Shown: in pieces, positions 18,601 through 27,033 of the stretch | How the letters are laid out: every line of letters begins with the position of its first letter | Numbering within the stretch: the stretch's first letter is position 1 | Assembly (NCBI GenBank): GCA_050014975.1 | Contig: JBEKCH010000002.1 | Location: 12,158-76,157, forward strand | DNA: 64,000 nucleotides | From: Candidatus Limnocylindrales bacterium | GTDB lineage: Bacteria > Chloroflexota > Limnocylindria > Limnocylindrales > CSP1-4 | Direction: 5' to 3' | The notes under the pieces: generated by a model | The model's database searches: none | Told to the model about the DNA's origin: nothing | Seen by the model: only the letters and a program-made list of their open reading frames with translations | Made by a program: the position numbers and the translations under genes

Positions 18601-20353
18601 CGGTGAGCGGCGCTGGATAGCCATCGAGGACGCGGCCCGGTACCGCGACGCGCTGGGAGTGGCGCTGCCGGTGGGAGTGCCGGCAGCCTTCCTCGCCCCG
18701 GTGGAAGACGCTCTCGGCGGACTGGTGGCGCGGTGGGCTCGCGGGCACGGGCCGTTCCTCACCCCGGAGCCGGCGCGGCGATGGGCGGTGCCGGGGGCAC
18801 GGGTCGAGGAGGTGCTGGAGCGGCTGCTGGAAGCCGGATCGATCCTGCGAGGCGAGTTCCGGCCGCGCGGCACGGAGCGCGAATGGTGCGACCCCGACGT
18901 GCTGCGGCAGCTGCGGCGACGCTCTCTGGCGCGCCTGCGGCGCGAGGTGGAACCGGCCGAGCAGGTGGTCCTGGCGCGCTTCCTGCCGGCCTGGCAGGGA
19001 GTCCGACCGATCGCCGATGCCGGCGCCCGCACCCTCCGCTCGGAGGAGGCGCTCGAACGGCTGGCGGAGGTCGTCGAGCAGCTGGCGGGCGTGCCGATTC
19101 CGGCCTCGGTCCTGGAGCGTGATGTGCTGCCTGTCCGAATCCCCGGCTACCAGCCGCGCCTGCTGGACGAGCTCGGCGCCCTGGGCGAGGTGAGCTGGGT
19201 CGGGCGAGGCAGCCTGGGCCGCGACGACGGCCGGATCGTGCTCTACCGCCCGGGTCGAGAGGCGCTGCGCGACCTCGCCGCCGGCGATGCGGAGCCGCCC
19301 GATGCCGAGCTGCACGAGCGGCTGCGGCGGCGGTTGCGCGACCGCGGTGCCTCCTTCTACAGAGAGCTGGCGGCCGCGGCCGGCCCCGTCTCCGAGCGGC
19401 AGGTCCTGGATGCGTTGTGGGACCTGGTCTGGGCCGGCGAGATCACGAACGACACGTTCGCGCCGCTGCGCGCGCTGCGCTGGCGGCGCCCGACGGGGGA
19501 GCGGCGGCCGAGGCCCGGCCGGCTGCAGCTTGGCCCGCCGGAGGCCGCCGGGCGGTGGTCGCTCGTGGAGCCGCCTGGTGGCGGCGGCACGGCCACAATC
19601 CGGCTGCATTCGCTCGCGACTGTCCTGCTCGATCGCCACGGCGTGCTCACTCGCGAGGCCGTCGCCGCGGAGGAGGTGGCGGGCGGCTTCAGCGCCCTGT
19701 ACCCGGTTTTGCGGGCGATGGAGGAGTCGGGGCAGATCCGCCGTGGCTACTTCGTCGATGGGCTGGGCGCCGCCCAGTTCGCGCTCCCCGGGGCCGTGGA
19801 CCGGCTGCGGTCCATGCGCGAGGCTTCCGCCGCGCCGGCCGCTGTGGCCGGGGCCACGGCCTCTTCCGGCCCGGCGGTCTATCTGCTGGCCGCCGCGGAT
19901 CCGGCGAACCCGTACGGTGCGGCGCTCGCCTGGGCTCGCCGCGGCGAGGCCGACCGGCATCCCCTGGCGCGAGCGGCCGGCGCGTACGTGGTCCTGGTGG
20001 ACGGCGCCGCGGCGCTCTACCTGGAACGAGGCGGGCACTCTCTGCAGACGCTGCCTGCGGCCGGCGACCGGGACACGGCGCGGGCCGCCCTGGCGGCCCT
20101 GCGCGAACTCGTTGAGGGTGGGCGCTTCCGCGAGCTGGCGATCACCCGCGTCGACGGCGAGCCGGTCGGCTCGTCCGGCTGGCGGCCGCTCCTGGTGGAG
20201 TCCGGGTTCGCGGCGGGGTACCGCGGCTTGGTACTGCGGCCCTCCGGCCGGCGGGTGGTGGCTGCGGGACGGGGCCTGCCTCCGGAGACGGCCGTCGAAG
20301 GCAACTACTGGCGCCGCCCTTCCGACGCCCACCGCCCCGGGCCGCGCCGCTAG
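15632..20353 (+). CDS. lhr: ATP-dependent DNA helicase Lhr (large helicase-related protein)
   Basis: The protein is 1573 aa, with Walker A 'HAPTGSGKTLAAF', DExH box 'IVDEIHALAG' and motif VI 'QRVGRSGH'. The long C-terminal domain and overall length are typical of Lhr. Confidence 0.9.
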   Translation: MAASTEPRPGRGDSLDLFSPAVAEWFRSAFAAPTPAQARGWASIAAGRHTLIHAPTGSGKTLAAFLWTLDRLAREPRPRTAGAVGSVRVLYVSPLKALIYDVERNLRAPLAGIRLAAERLGEPVPRIEVGVRTGDTPAEERRHLVRNPPDILITTPESLYLILTSQAAEILRGVEHVIVDEIHALAGTKRGAHLALSLERLEKLTARPPQRIGLSATQRPVETTARFLGGVGPGKAGESREVAIVDAGSRKALELSVRVSVEDMSKPGELLPADGPPGGPVAGPEARSSIWPAIHPRILELIREHHSTIIFCNSRRLAERLANKLNELAGEELVRAHHGSLAREQRVQIEEALKAGRLPAIVATSSLELGIDMGAVDLVIQVESPASVASGLQRVGRSGHQVGQPSRGVIFPKHRGDLLECAVVTARMHEGAIEETKLPRNPLDVLAQQLVAMTVREPWTADELFETVRRAAPYESLGRDAFETVLGMLAGAYPSDEFAQLKARLVWDRATGRVEGRRDARTVAITSGGTIPDRGLYPVFMVGEAGTPGRRVGELDEEMVYESRVGELIALGATSWRVEEIEPDRVVVSPAPGVPGKIPFWHGDGLGRPIELGRAMGEFVRQLESDLAGGQRGRERARRRLLEHHDLDELAAENVLGYLAEEQEVAGWLPTDRRIVVERFRDELGDWRVVVLTPFGGRVHAPWALAIEARLEERLGQGAQTIWSDDGIAIRLPEGDAAGGGWGLGKDAAVAREGSIQDLLFPSAEEVEDLVVGRLGSSAMFAARFRENAARALLLPRRRPGSRTPLWQQRQRSAGLLAVASRYGSFPIIVETYRECLADLFDLPALREVLGGVARREIEVRDVETVAASPFAGSLLFDYLAAYMYEGDAPLAERRAGALALDRELLRELLGQEELRDLIDPAALADLELALQALVPERAARSADALHDLLRRLGDMSEEEVAARIAEPAAIAAWLAALEGSRRAIALRIAGERRWIAIEDAARYRDALGVALPVGVPAAFLAPVEDALGGLVARWARGHGPFLTPEPARRWAVPGARVEEVLERLLEAGSILRGEFRPRGTEREWCDPDVLRQLRRRSLARLRREVEPAEQVVLARFLPAWQGVRPIADAGARTLRSEEALERLAEVVEQLAGVPIPASVLERDVLPVRIPGYQPRLLDELGALGEVSWVGRGSLGRDDGRIVLYRPGREALRDLAAGDAEPPDAELHERLRRRLRDRGASFYRELAAAAGPVSERQVLDALWDLVWAGEITNDTFAPLRALRWRRPTGERRPRPGRLQLGPPEAAGRWSLVEPPGGGGTATIRLHSLATVLLDRHGVLTREAVAAEEVAGGFSALYPVLRAMEESGQIRRGYFVDGLGAAQFALPGAVDRLRSMREASAAPAAVAGATASSGPAVYLLAAADPANPYGAALAWARRGEADRHPLARAAGAYVVLVDGAAALYLERGGHSLQTLPAAGDRDTARAALAALRELVEGGRFRELAITRVDGEPVGSSGWRPLLVESGFAAGYRGLVLRPSGRRVVAAGRGLPPETAVEGNYWRRPSDAHRPGPRR

Positions 20354-20439
20354 CCGGGCGCGAGACCAGGCCGTGGGTGTATGGTCGGGCCGGCAGGCCC
20401 GGCCGCCGCTGCGCAAGGGCTTCGCAGGAGGCGCCAACG

Positions 20440-20718
20440 ATGAGCGAGATCGCGGTCGAATGCTCGCGGGTCGACGGCGGCTGGGTCGCCTGCGTCACCG
20501 TCACCGATCACGGTTCGAGCCGCGACTTCGAGGTGGGCGTGACCGAGGCTGAGCTGGCAAGGTTCGCCCCCGGCGCGATTGACCCGACGGACCTCGTCCG
20601 GCAATCCTTCGAGTTCCTGCTGGCGCGCGAGCCCAAGGAATCGATCCTGCGTTCCTTCGGCCTGTCGACGATCATCCGCTATTTCCCCGAGTACGAGCAC
20701 GAGATCGCCCGCCGCTGA
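20440..20718 (+). CDS. conserved hypothetical protein (92 aa)
   Basis: An AGGAG Shine-Dalgarno sequence (20426-20430) lies 9 nt before ATG 20440. The third-position bias is coding-like. I recall the C-terminal motif 'ILRSFGLSTIIRYFPEYEHEI' from uncharacterised actinobacterial proteins. Confidence 0.6.
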   Translation: MSEIAVECSRVDGGWVACVTVTDHGSSRDFEVGVTEAELARFAPGAIDPTDLVRQSFEFLLAREPKESILRSFGLSTIIRYFPEYEHEIARR

Positions 20719-20774
20719 TCACGTGGTCATCGCGTCGAAGGCGCGGAGCGGCCGGAACGTGTTGCCGATGAGGC

Positions 20775-21899
20775 TCAGGCGCCCCGCAGGCCCAGGAACG
20801 TTCGAACGCGAGCCGTCATGACCCGTCGCAGGGTCTCGGTGGTCCGCTCCGGGCTGCGTCGCCAGTGCAGACGCCAGACACCGACCGCCGAGACGGTCGT
20901 GCGGGCGATCCCCGGCCACTGCGACGGCAGGAGCCAGCGGAAGGCGTCGGGGTGGCCCCAGGCCCAGGGCACGATGGCCCACACGAAGACGAAGTAGTCG
21001 ATGCGCGCGGGCCTCGCGAAACCGAAGAGGACCTGGAGCTGGACCAGCGTCTCCGGCAGGGTCACCGCAGTGAGCAGCACGGCCAGGATCAGCCAGATGA
21101 TCCCCCACAGCCGGCCGCGAGGCGTGAGGATGGGCCAGAAGACGACCGGCAGCCATTTCAGCGTGGTGGCGACCATCCAGAACAGACCGGCCGCCACCGG
21201 CCCGCAGAACTGGGCGCCGAAGAGAAGCAGCGCCAGCGGCAGGTTGATGTTGCCGGTGTCCAGGTTTGCCGCGATCGGGAACGCGAGCAGGATGAGGAGC
21301 ACGGTGGTCGTCATCGGCCGGCGCCTGTAGGCCCAGTGCACCGACCACAGCAGCGCCAGGACAGTCGCGCCGCGCCAGACGAACCAGGCCACGTCCCATG
21401 GCAGCAGCGACCAGGGCACGAAGAGCGGCAGCATCCACGGCGCGTAGACGTAGGGCATGAAGGGGCCGGTCGGGTGGTACGGGTCGCCGCCAGCCAGCCA
21501 CAGCCGGCCTGCGGCCCAGTAGGCTCGCGCGTCGGCGCCCGCGGCTTCGCCCCGGGCGATCAGGCCGGCCAGGATGACTCCGGCCAGGATGCCGAGCAGG
21601 ATGGCCAGTCCGAGCCGTCGGGGATCGCGCAGGCGAGTGAACTCGCGCCGCAGCGCGCGGCGGAAGACCCCGGCCCGACGCCGGGTGGGCATGTCGATCA
21701 GGTTTGAGGTGGCCGGCAGCGAGAAGACCCGGTCCGCGAGGGTGTTCGGCCGGCCCTTTCCGGCGCCGATCGCCGCCTGCTCGGCGGGTCGTCCGTCGGC
21801 TGCGGCGGCACGGTCGCTCATGGCCGGAGCCCGGGCCGCGATACGCGCGACTCTGTGCGGGGTGCCCGGCCGGCTGCGGGTCTCGCGGCGGAGAGGCAT
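20775..21899 (-). CDS. polytopic membrane protein, GT87/DUF2029-like glycosyltransferase
   Basis: It has 'AYWAAGRLWLAGGDPYHPTGPFMPYVYAPWMLPLF' followed by many TMs. It is a paralogue-like relative of 9878-11269. The start is uncertain. Confidence 0.55.
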   Translation of the reverse strand: MPLRRETRSRPGTPHRVARIAARAPAMSDRAAAADGRPAEQAAIGAGKGRPNTLADRVFSLPATSNLIDMPTRRRAGVFRRALRREFTRLRDPRRLGLAILLGILAGVILAGLIARGEAAGADARAYWAAGRLWLAGGDPYHPTGPFMPYVYAPWMLPLFVPWSLLPWDVAWFVWRGATVLALLWSVHWAYRRRPMTTTVLLILLAFPIAANLDTGNINLPLALLLFGAQFCGPVAAGLFWMVATTLKWLPVVFWPILTPRGRLWGIIWLILAVLLTAVTLPETLVQLQVLFGFARPARIDYFVFVWAIVPWAWGHPDAFRWLLPSQWPGIARTTVSAVGVWRLHWRRSPERTTETLRRVMTARVRTFLGLRGA

Positions 21900-22321
21900 G
21901 CGCCGAGCTGCTCGGCAGCGGACACCTCCAAGGTGCTTCTCCAGTGCGTGAAATCGATCATGCGAGGCCTCGAGCCGTAACGCAAGTGGCGACCGGCCGG
22001 GATCGCCGCGGCTCGTTGCGCGCTAGCCCATTCTGCGCCCTGCGTTCCGCCCGGCGGAATGCCAGGCGCGGGTTCGGCGAACCGCGGCGCTCGATCCGAG
22101 GATCCGGGCTGGGCACCCAAACCGAACCGGTGGCAAGGGCGATTGTGAGCGCGGCGAGCCACCGGCGGCCTTGAGTATAGACCCGTCGCTCGGGCACCAG
22201 CCGTTGGCGCCCGGCTCGCTGAGGGCCGGTCGCCGCACCCATGCCGCCCTCGTCCTTTGACCTTCCCGTGTCGGGAGATCTGGGTAGGCAGGATGCGACG
22301 GCGCCGCTAGGCTATCGGCCA

Positions 22322-23725
22322 ATGAATCGCTCCATCGTGTCCATGCTCATCGGCACCTTCGTGTTGCGCGTGAGCACGAGCATCACGGGCGGCATGCTGG
22401 TCTTCCTGATCGATGACCTGACGCACGGAACCAGGACGGGTCCGGCGGCGATCTCGCTTCTCACCGGCGGGTTCTACGCCACGGAGCTCACCGGCGCGAT
22501 CGTCTTCGGCGTGCTGGCCGATCGCTACGGCCGCAAGGTGATCATGTTGTTGGGGCCGATCTTCGGCGGTATCGCGGTCTTCTTGACCGGCCTCACCACC
22601 CACCTGCCCCTGCTCTGGGTCACGCGCCTGCTGGAGGGCGGTTCCACGGCCGCCTCGATCCCGTCCACGCTCGGCTTCATCGCCGCCGAGACGTCTCACG
22701 ACGAGCAGCTGCGAGGCCGCGTCGTCTCGCTCTTCGAGCTCGTCTCGCTGGGGGGCATGCTGGCCGTGGGGCCGGCGCTGTCCGGGCTGCTGTGGGACGC
22801 ATACGGCCGGCCGGCCTTCTTCCTCAACTGCGGCTTCTACATGCTGGCTCTGTGCCTGTACGCCTACGGCGTGTCGGAGGTTCCTCACGACCGGGCGGCC
22901 AACCTTGCCGGTAGGGGACCCGGGCCGGCGGGCGAGCATGCCGGCTCGGAGCTGGGCCACTACTGGCGCATGGCGACCAGCCACAAGGTGCTGCTCTTCG
23001 CTCCGACGTGGCTGGCCATCAACGCCATCCTGGGGATGTGGGCTGCGCAGGCGCCGCTCCTGCTCAAGGGCAACGAGCACGACCCGAGCCAGTTCCTGAT
23101 GCGTGGCGTCTCGGCCACGACGATCGGCGTTGGCGAAGCCGTCTTCGCCGTCTTCTTCGGCCTGGGCCTGCTGTTTTGGGGGGCCGTGTACGCTCGCTTC
23201 CGGCGTACCACGTTGCTCCTGCTGGGCGTGGGCGCCTTCGCCGTCATTGCCGTTGACGTCGTGCTGATCAACCATTTGGGTGGCACGCTGATCAACCACC
23301 TGGATGCCACGTCGTTAGGGCTGCTGTTGGGCCTGGCGGGCCTTGGTCTGGTCGCGCTCTTCGTCCTGTCCGGAGCGACTCCCGCCGCGTTGGGCCTTTT
23401 GGCGGACGTCAGCGAGGGGTTTGACGAAGACCGCAGCGCGATCATGGGCCTGTACTCGGTCTTCCTCGGTCTGGGTCAGGTGATGGGCGCCCTGATCGGC
23501 GGCGCCGCGGCCACGTGGCGCGGCATCGACGGCCTGGTGGTCGCGACCGGCATCCTGTTGGTCATCGGCATCACCGCGCTCGTGCGCCTGCGAGGGGCGG
23601 AACTGGGACTGGAGCTGGCAAACGCGAGCGCCGGCGCTCATGCTGAGGTCGGTCCAACCACCATCGCGCGCATCGCCCTGGCAAACGGCACCGGCACGGG
23701 GCCGGATCATCCGCAGCGGCATTGA
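22322..23725 (+). CDS. MFS transporter
   Basis: It has about 12 TMs and a motif-A-like 'GVLADRYGRKVIM'. ATG 22322 was chosen where the hydrophobic sequence starts. Confidence 0.75.
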   Translation: MNRSIVSMLIGTFVLRVSTSITGGMLVFLIDDLTHGTRTGPAAISLLTGGFYATELTGAIVFGVLADRYGRKVIMLLGPIFGGIAVFLTGLTTHLPLLWVTRLLEGGSTAASIPSTLGFIAAETSHDEQLRGRVVSLFELVSLGGMLAVGPALSGLLWDAYGRPAFFLNCGFYMLALCLYAYGVSEVPHDRAANLAGRGPGPAGEHAGSELGHYWRMATSHKVLLFAPTWLAINAILGMWAAQAPLLLKGNEHDPSQFLMRGVSATTIGVGEAVFAVFFGLGLLFWGAVYARFRRTTLLLLGVGAFAVIAVDVVLINHLGGTLINHLDATSLGLLLGLAGLGLVALFVLSGATPAALGLLADVSEGFDEDRSAIMGLYSVFLGLGQVMGALIGGAAATWRGIDGLVVATGILLVIGITALVRLRGAELGLELANASAGAHAEVGPTTIARIALANGTGTGPDHPQRH

Positions 23726-23735
23726 AGGAGGAACG

Positions 23736-24581
23736 ATGACCGTCGCCATCGTTACCGATTCCGGATCGGACCTGACCCGGGAAGAGTTGATCGAGGCCGG
23801 GATCCGCCAGGTGCCGCTCACCGTCTCCTTCGGCGAGAAGAGCTACCTCTCTCCCGACGAACTGTCGCCCGAGGAATTCTGGCGCCAGGCGACCGCTCCC
23901 GGAAGTCCGTTCGCCCGCACGGCCGCATCGAGCGCAGGCCAGTTCAAGCAAGCCTTCGAGCGGGCCTTCGAGGATGGAGCGGACGGCGTCGTGTGCGTCT
24001 GCATTAGCGAGACGCTTTCGGCCACGGTCCGTAGCGCCAGGATGGCGCGGGAGATGCTGCCCGACCAGGCGATCGAAGTCGTCGATTCGCGGTCCGCGTC
24101 GATGGCCATCGGGACGCTGGCGCTGCACGGTGCGGCAATGGCGGCCGAAGGCGCGTCCGCGACGGAGATCGCCGAAGCGCTGACCCGCCGGCGCGACCGG
24201 TCGCTCTTCTACGTGGCTCTCGAGACGCTCGAGTACCTGCGCAGGGGTGGTCGAATCAGCGGTACCAGGGCCGCCATCGGCGGGCTCCTGTCGGTCAAAC
24301 CGATCATGACGATCGAGAACGCTCTGGTCGTCCCCGCGGACCGGCCACGCACCCGCGCCAGGGCTCGCGAACGGCTCATCGAGTTCATGTCGAAGCGGCC
24401 GCTCGAGGAATTGCACGTCATGTACTCGCCTCCGATCGACCCGGCCGGCTTTCGCGACGAGTTGCTGGCGCGCCTGCCGGGGCCTGCTCCCAGGCTGGTA
24501 ACCGCGCACCTGATCGGGCCTGTGATCGGCGCCCACGTCGGTCCGGCCGCATACGGCGGGGTACTCGTTCTGGCCGAATGA
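23736..24581 (+). CDS. DegV-family fatty-acid-binding protein
   Basis: The N-terminus reads 'MTVAIVTDSGSDLT'. The protein is 281 aa. A GAAGGAGG Shine-Dalgarno sequence lies 5 nt upstream. Confidence 0.85.
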   Translation: MTVAIVTDSGSDLTREELIEAGIRQVPLTVSFGEKSYLSPDELSPEEFWRQATAPGSPFARTAASSAGQFKQAFERAFEDGADGVVCVCISETLSATVRSARMAREMLPDQAIEVVDSRSASMAIGTLALHGAAMAAEGASATEIAEALTRRRDRSLFYVALETLEYLRRGGRISGTRAAIGGLLSVKPIMTIENALVVPADRPRTRARARERLIEFMSKRPLEELHVMYSPPIDPAGFRDELLARLPGPAPRLVTAHLIGPVIGAHVGPAAYGGVLVLAE

Positions 24582-24790
24582 TCGGCCGGCTCCGACGGCC
24601 CGGCGTTCCATCCCGCGGCCCGTGAGCGCCTCGGAGGACTGACCGGGGCGTAAGGGCGACCGCGGACTTGACCCTCCGATAGTTCGGCAGGAATGCCTTG
24701 TGAATGCCACAACGTTAGGACTTTGGGCCCTTATGCCAACGGTCCCTCCAGACTGGGCGGTTTTCCCGGCGAGGTCTATACTCGCTGCCA

Positions 24791-24895
24791 GGTGGAACCT
24801 GCGGTGCCGCTTTCCGGGTAAAGCGGAAGGCCGCCGCGACGTTGTCGGGGACGTTCGAGGAAGCAGGCCGAGCCACTCGATCGGTTGCTTCCACC
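24791..24895 (+). promoter_or_regulatory. candidate structured 5' leader of gdh
   Basis: A TATACT -10 box lies at 24777-24782. Nested pairings follow: GGTGGAA 24791-97 with TTCCACC 24889-95; CCTGC 24798-802 with GCAGG 24863-67; and a hairpin CCGCTTT 24807-13 / AAAGCGG 24820-26. GC-rich DNA gives chance pairings easily. Confidence 0.3.
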
Positions 24896-24926
24896 GCCCG
24901 TCCCGGCACTGGAGGGTTTCGAGAAT

Positions 24927-26192
24927 ATGGCGACCGAGCAGATCGCGAGCGCGATCAACGCATGGGACGTCGCCCAGCGGCAGTTCGACCTGGCAGCCGA
25001 GCACCTCAACCTTTCTCCCGGACTCCGCAGGGTTCTGCGCGAACCCAAGCGCGAGCTGACGGTCCATTTCCCGGTGAAGATGGACGACGGCTCGGTCCAG
25101 GTCTTCACGGGCTATCGGGTTCAGCACAACCTCGGCCGAGGCCCGGCCAAAGGCGGCATCCGCTATCACCAGAACGTGACTCTCGACGAAGTCAAGGCGC
25201 TGGCGATGTGGATGACCTGGAAGTGCGCCGTCGTGGGCATCCCCTTCGGTGGGGGCAAAGGCGGCGTCGTCGTCGATCCGAAGAAGCTGAGCCAGCGCGA
25301 GCTGGAGGGCCTTACCAGGCGTTTCGCGACCGAGATCAGCATCCTCATCGGCCCGGAGAAGGACATCCCGGCGCCTGACGTGAACACCAACTCCCAGACC
25401 ATGGCCTGGATCATGGACACGTACTCGATGCACGTGGGATACACCTCTCCGGCCGTGGTCACCGGCAAGCCGATCCCTCTGGGCGGGTCCGAGGGTCGCA
25501 ACGAGGCGACCGCTCAGGGTGCCGTCTACACCATAGTCGCGGCGGCTCGCCACCTGGGCATGGACGTGCGCAAGTGCAGCGTCGCGGTCCAGGGCTTCGG
25601 CAACGCCGGAGCAATCGCCGCGCAGCTCATGGCCGCGGAAGGCTCCAAGATCATCGCCGTCAGCGACTCGACGGGCGCGATCTACAAGGCCGACGGGTTC
25701 GATCCCAATTCGGTCATCGCCTGGAAGCAGGAGCACCACACCGTCGTGGGCTTCCCGGGCACCAAGGAAATAAGCAACGCCGAGCTGCTCGAGCTCGACT
25801 GCGACATCCTCATTCCGGCCGCCCTGGAGAACCAGATCACGGCCGCGAACGCGGGCAGGATCAAGGCCCGGATCATCGCCGAGGCGGCCAACGGACCGAC
25901 GACGCCCGAGGCGGACGAGATCCTCTACAAGAACGCCAAGTTCGTCATCCCGGATATTCTCTGCAACGCCGGCGGCGTGACCGTCAGCTACTTCGAATGG
26001 GTCCAGGATCTCGACCGCGACTTCTGGACCATCGACCATGTCAACGAGAAGCTTCGGGCAATCATGATGAAAGCCTTCGACAGCACGCTCGACATGAGCC
26101 TCAAAGAGCGAGTCAACATGCGGACCGCCGCATATATGCTGGCCGTCCAACGGGTCGCGGACGCGACCTCGCTGCGGGGCCTGTACCCGTAG
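24927..26192 (+). CDS. gdh: glutamate dehydrogenase (Glu/Leu/Phe/Val dehydrogenase family)
   Basis: It has the catalytic-Lys region 'GPAKGGIRYH' and the dinucleotide fold 'VQGFGNAGAIAA'. The protein is 421 aa. A GGAGGG Shine-Dalgarno sequence lies upstream. Confidence 0.9.
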   Translation: MATEQIASAINAWDVAQRQFDLAAEHLNLSPGLRRVLREPKRELTVHFPVKMDDGSVQVFTGYRVQHNLGRGPAKGGIRYHQNVTLDEVKALAMWMTWKCAVVGIPFGGGKGGVVVDPKKLSQRELEGLTRRFATEISILIGPEKDIPAPDVNTNSQTMAWIMDTYSMHVGYTSPAVVTGKPIPLGGSEGRNEATAQGAVYTIVAAARHLGMDVRKCSVAVQGFGNAGAIAAQLMAAEGSKIIAVSDSTGAIYKADGFDPNSVIAWKQEHHTVVGFPGTKEISNAELLELDCDILIPAALENQITAANAGRIKARIIAEAANGPTTPEADEILYKNAKFVIPDILCNAGGVTVSYFEWVQDLDRDFWTIDHVNEKLRAIMMKAFDSTLDMSLKERVNMRTAAYMLAVQRVADATSLRGLYP

Positions 26193-26215
26193 GATTCGAC
26201 CGGGCAATTCTCTGC

Positions 26216-26249
26216 GCGGCCCCGACGTTCCCCCTCGCGTCGGGGCCGC
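26216..26249 (+). terminator. intrinsic-terminator-like hairpin after gdh
   Basis: A perfect 12-bp stem (gcggccccgacg / cgtcggggccgc) with a 10-nt loop lies 24 nt after the TAG stop and is followed by ttctcc. Confidence 0.6.
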
Positions 26250-26416
26250 TTCTCCGTCGCGCCCGAGCCGCAGGCCGAAGCGGTCGCGGCGAGCGCTGCT
26301 GCGCCCCACGCTCCGCCGGCTCGACCCGGTGCTACGATCCCACGGCTGACGACTGCGCGGTCCGGCCGAACGGCCACGTACCGCCGATCCGGCGCCGGCC
26401 GGGACTAGGAGCACCG

Positions 26417-27022
26417 ATGCTCGACCACGAAGAGAAATTCCTGTTCAAGGAGGAGACCCTCCAGCTGGCCAACGCCCTCTCCGAACCGGGCGTGCTGGAC
26501 AACGTCGAGGACCTCCTGACCGACGTGATCACCAGCCCTCGCTTCGACTCCGAGGTCTTCACGCTGGAGCGATCTCTGCAGGTGATGCTGGGCGCACGCG
26601 CCGGCGCCACACTGGTCGGCCTGCTCACCGTGACTCCCGAGGTCTTCGACGAGACGGCCGAGGTGCGGATCCCGCCCGAGGTCCAGGAGCGCCTGATCGC
26701 CTGGCGGGCCCGCTTCGGCCTGGCCATCGACAACGCCCTCAACTACCTCAACAACCCCGACGGGATCCAGGGCCACAACTTCTCCACTCAGATCGCCCAC
26801 GTCGATGAGCGGCGAGTGCTCCAGGGCCGCCTGACGCTGGTCCGCTACAACAACGAGCCGCAGTTCTTCCTGGCCGACGCGAGCGTCTTCTTCGGCCTGG
26901 TCGTCGACATCCTGGAGCGGCTGGGCCCCCATATCGACCACGAGACGATCGATGCCGAGACGGTGAGCCGATTGCGCGAGGTCGTCGCGCTCGTCGATCG
27001 CAAGACGGTCAGCCGAGGCTGA
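26417..27022 (+). CDS. hypothetical protein (201 aa, acidic, no TM)
   Basis: An AGGAG Shine-Dalgarno sequence lies 5 nt before ATG 26417. Codon bias is coding-like. I recognise no family. Confidence 0.6.
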   Translation: MLDHEEKFLFKEETLQLANALSEPGVLDNVEDLLTDVITSPRFDSEVFTLERSLQVMLGARAGATLVGLLTVTPEVFDETAEVRIPPEVQERLIAWRARFGLAIDNALNYLNNPDGIQGHNFSTQIAHVDERRVLQGRLTLVRYNNEPQFFLADASVFFGLVVDILERLGPHIDHETIDAETVSRLREVVALVDRKTVSRG

Positions 27023-27033
27023 CCCCGCCGCGA

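Noticed and set aside
15632-20353. The large SF2 helicase as part of a defence system (for example a Hachiman-like helicase).
   Set aside because: Length, motifs and the long C-terminal domain match chromosomal Lhr. No nuclease or unknown partner typical of defence islands is adjacent, and the neighbours are housekeeping or transport genes.
15581-20437. Very long antisense ORFs, such as the 1618-aa ORF opposite lhr. Similar cases are 43416-46619 opposite hppA, 501-1661 opposite the CN hydrolase, 35766-37520 and 36256-37377 opposite the repeat protein, and the upstream extensions of 1711-4494 and 3315-5576.
   Set aside because: Their translations are R/G/A/P-rich low-complexity strings without motifs. 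Stop codons are rare in all frames of such GC-rich DNA. The opposite strand carries unmistakable family motifs in each case.
24791-24895. Resemblance of 'CCAGGU...GGAAGCAGGCC' in the gdh leader to the conserved SRP (4.5S) RNA helix-8 sequence.
   Set aside because: The two pieces are about 60 nt apart instead of forming the compact GGAA-tetraloop helix. The symmetric and asymmetric loop motifs are not present.
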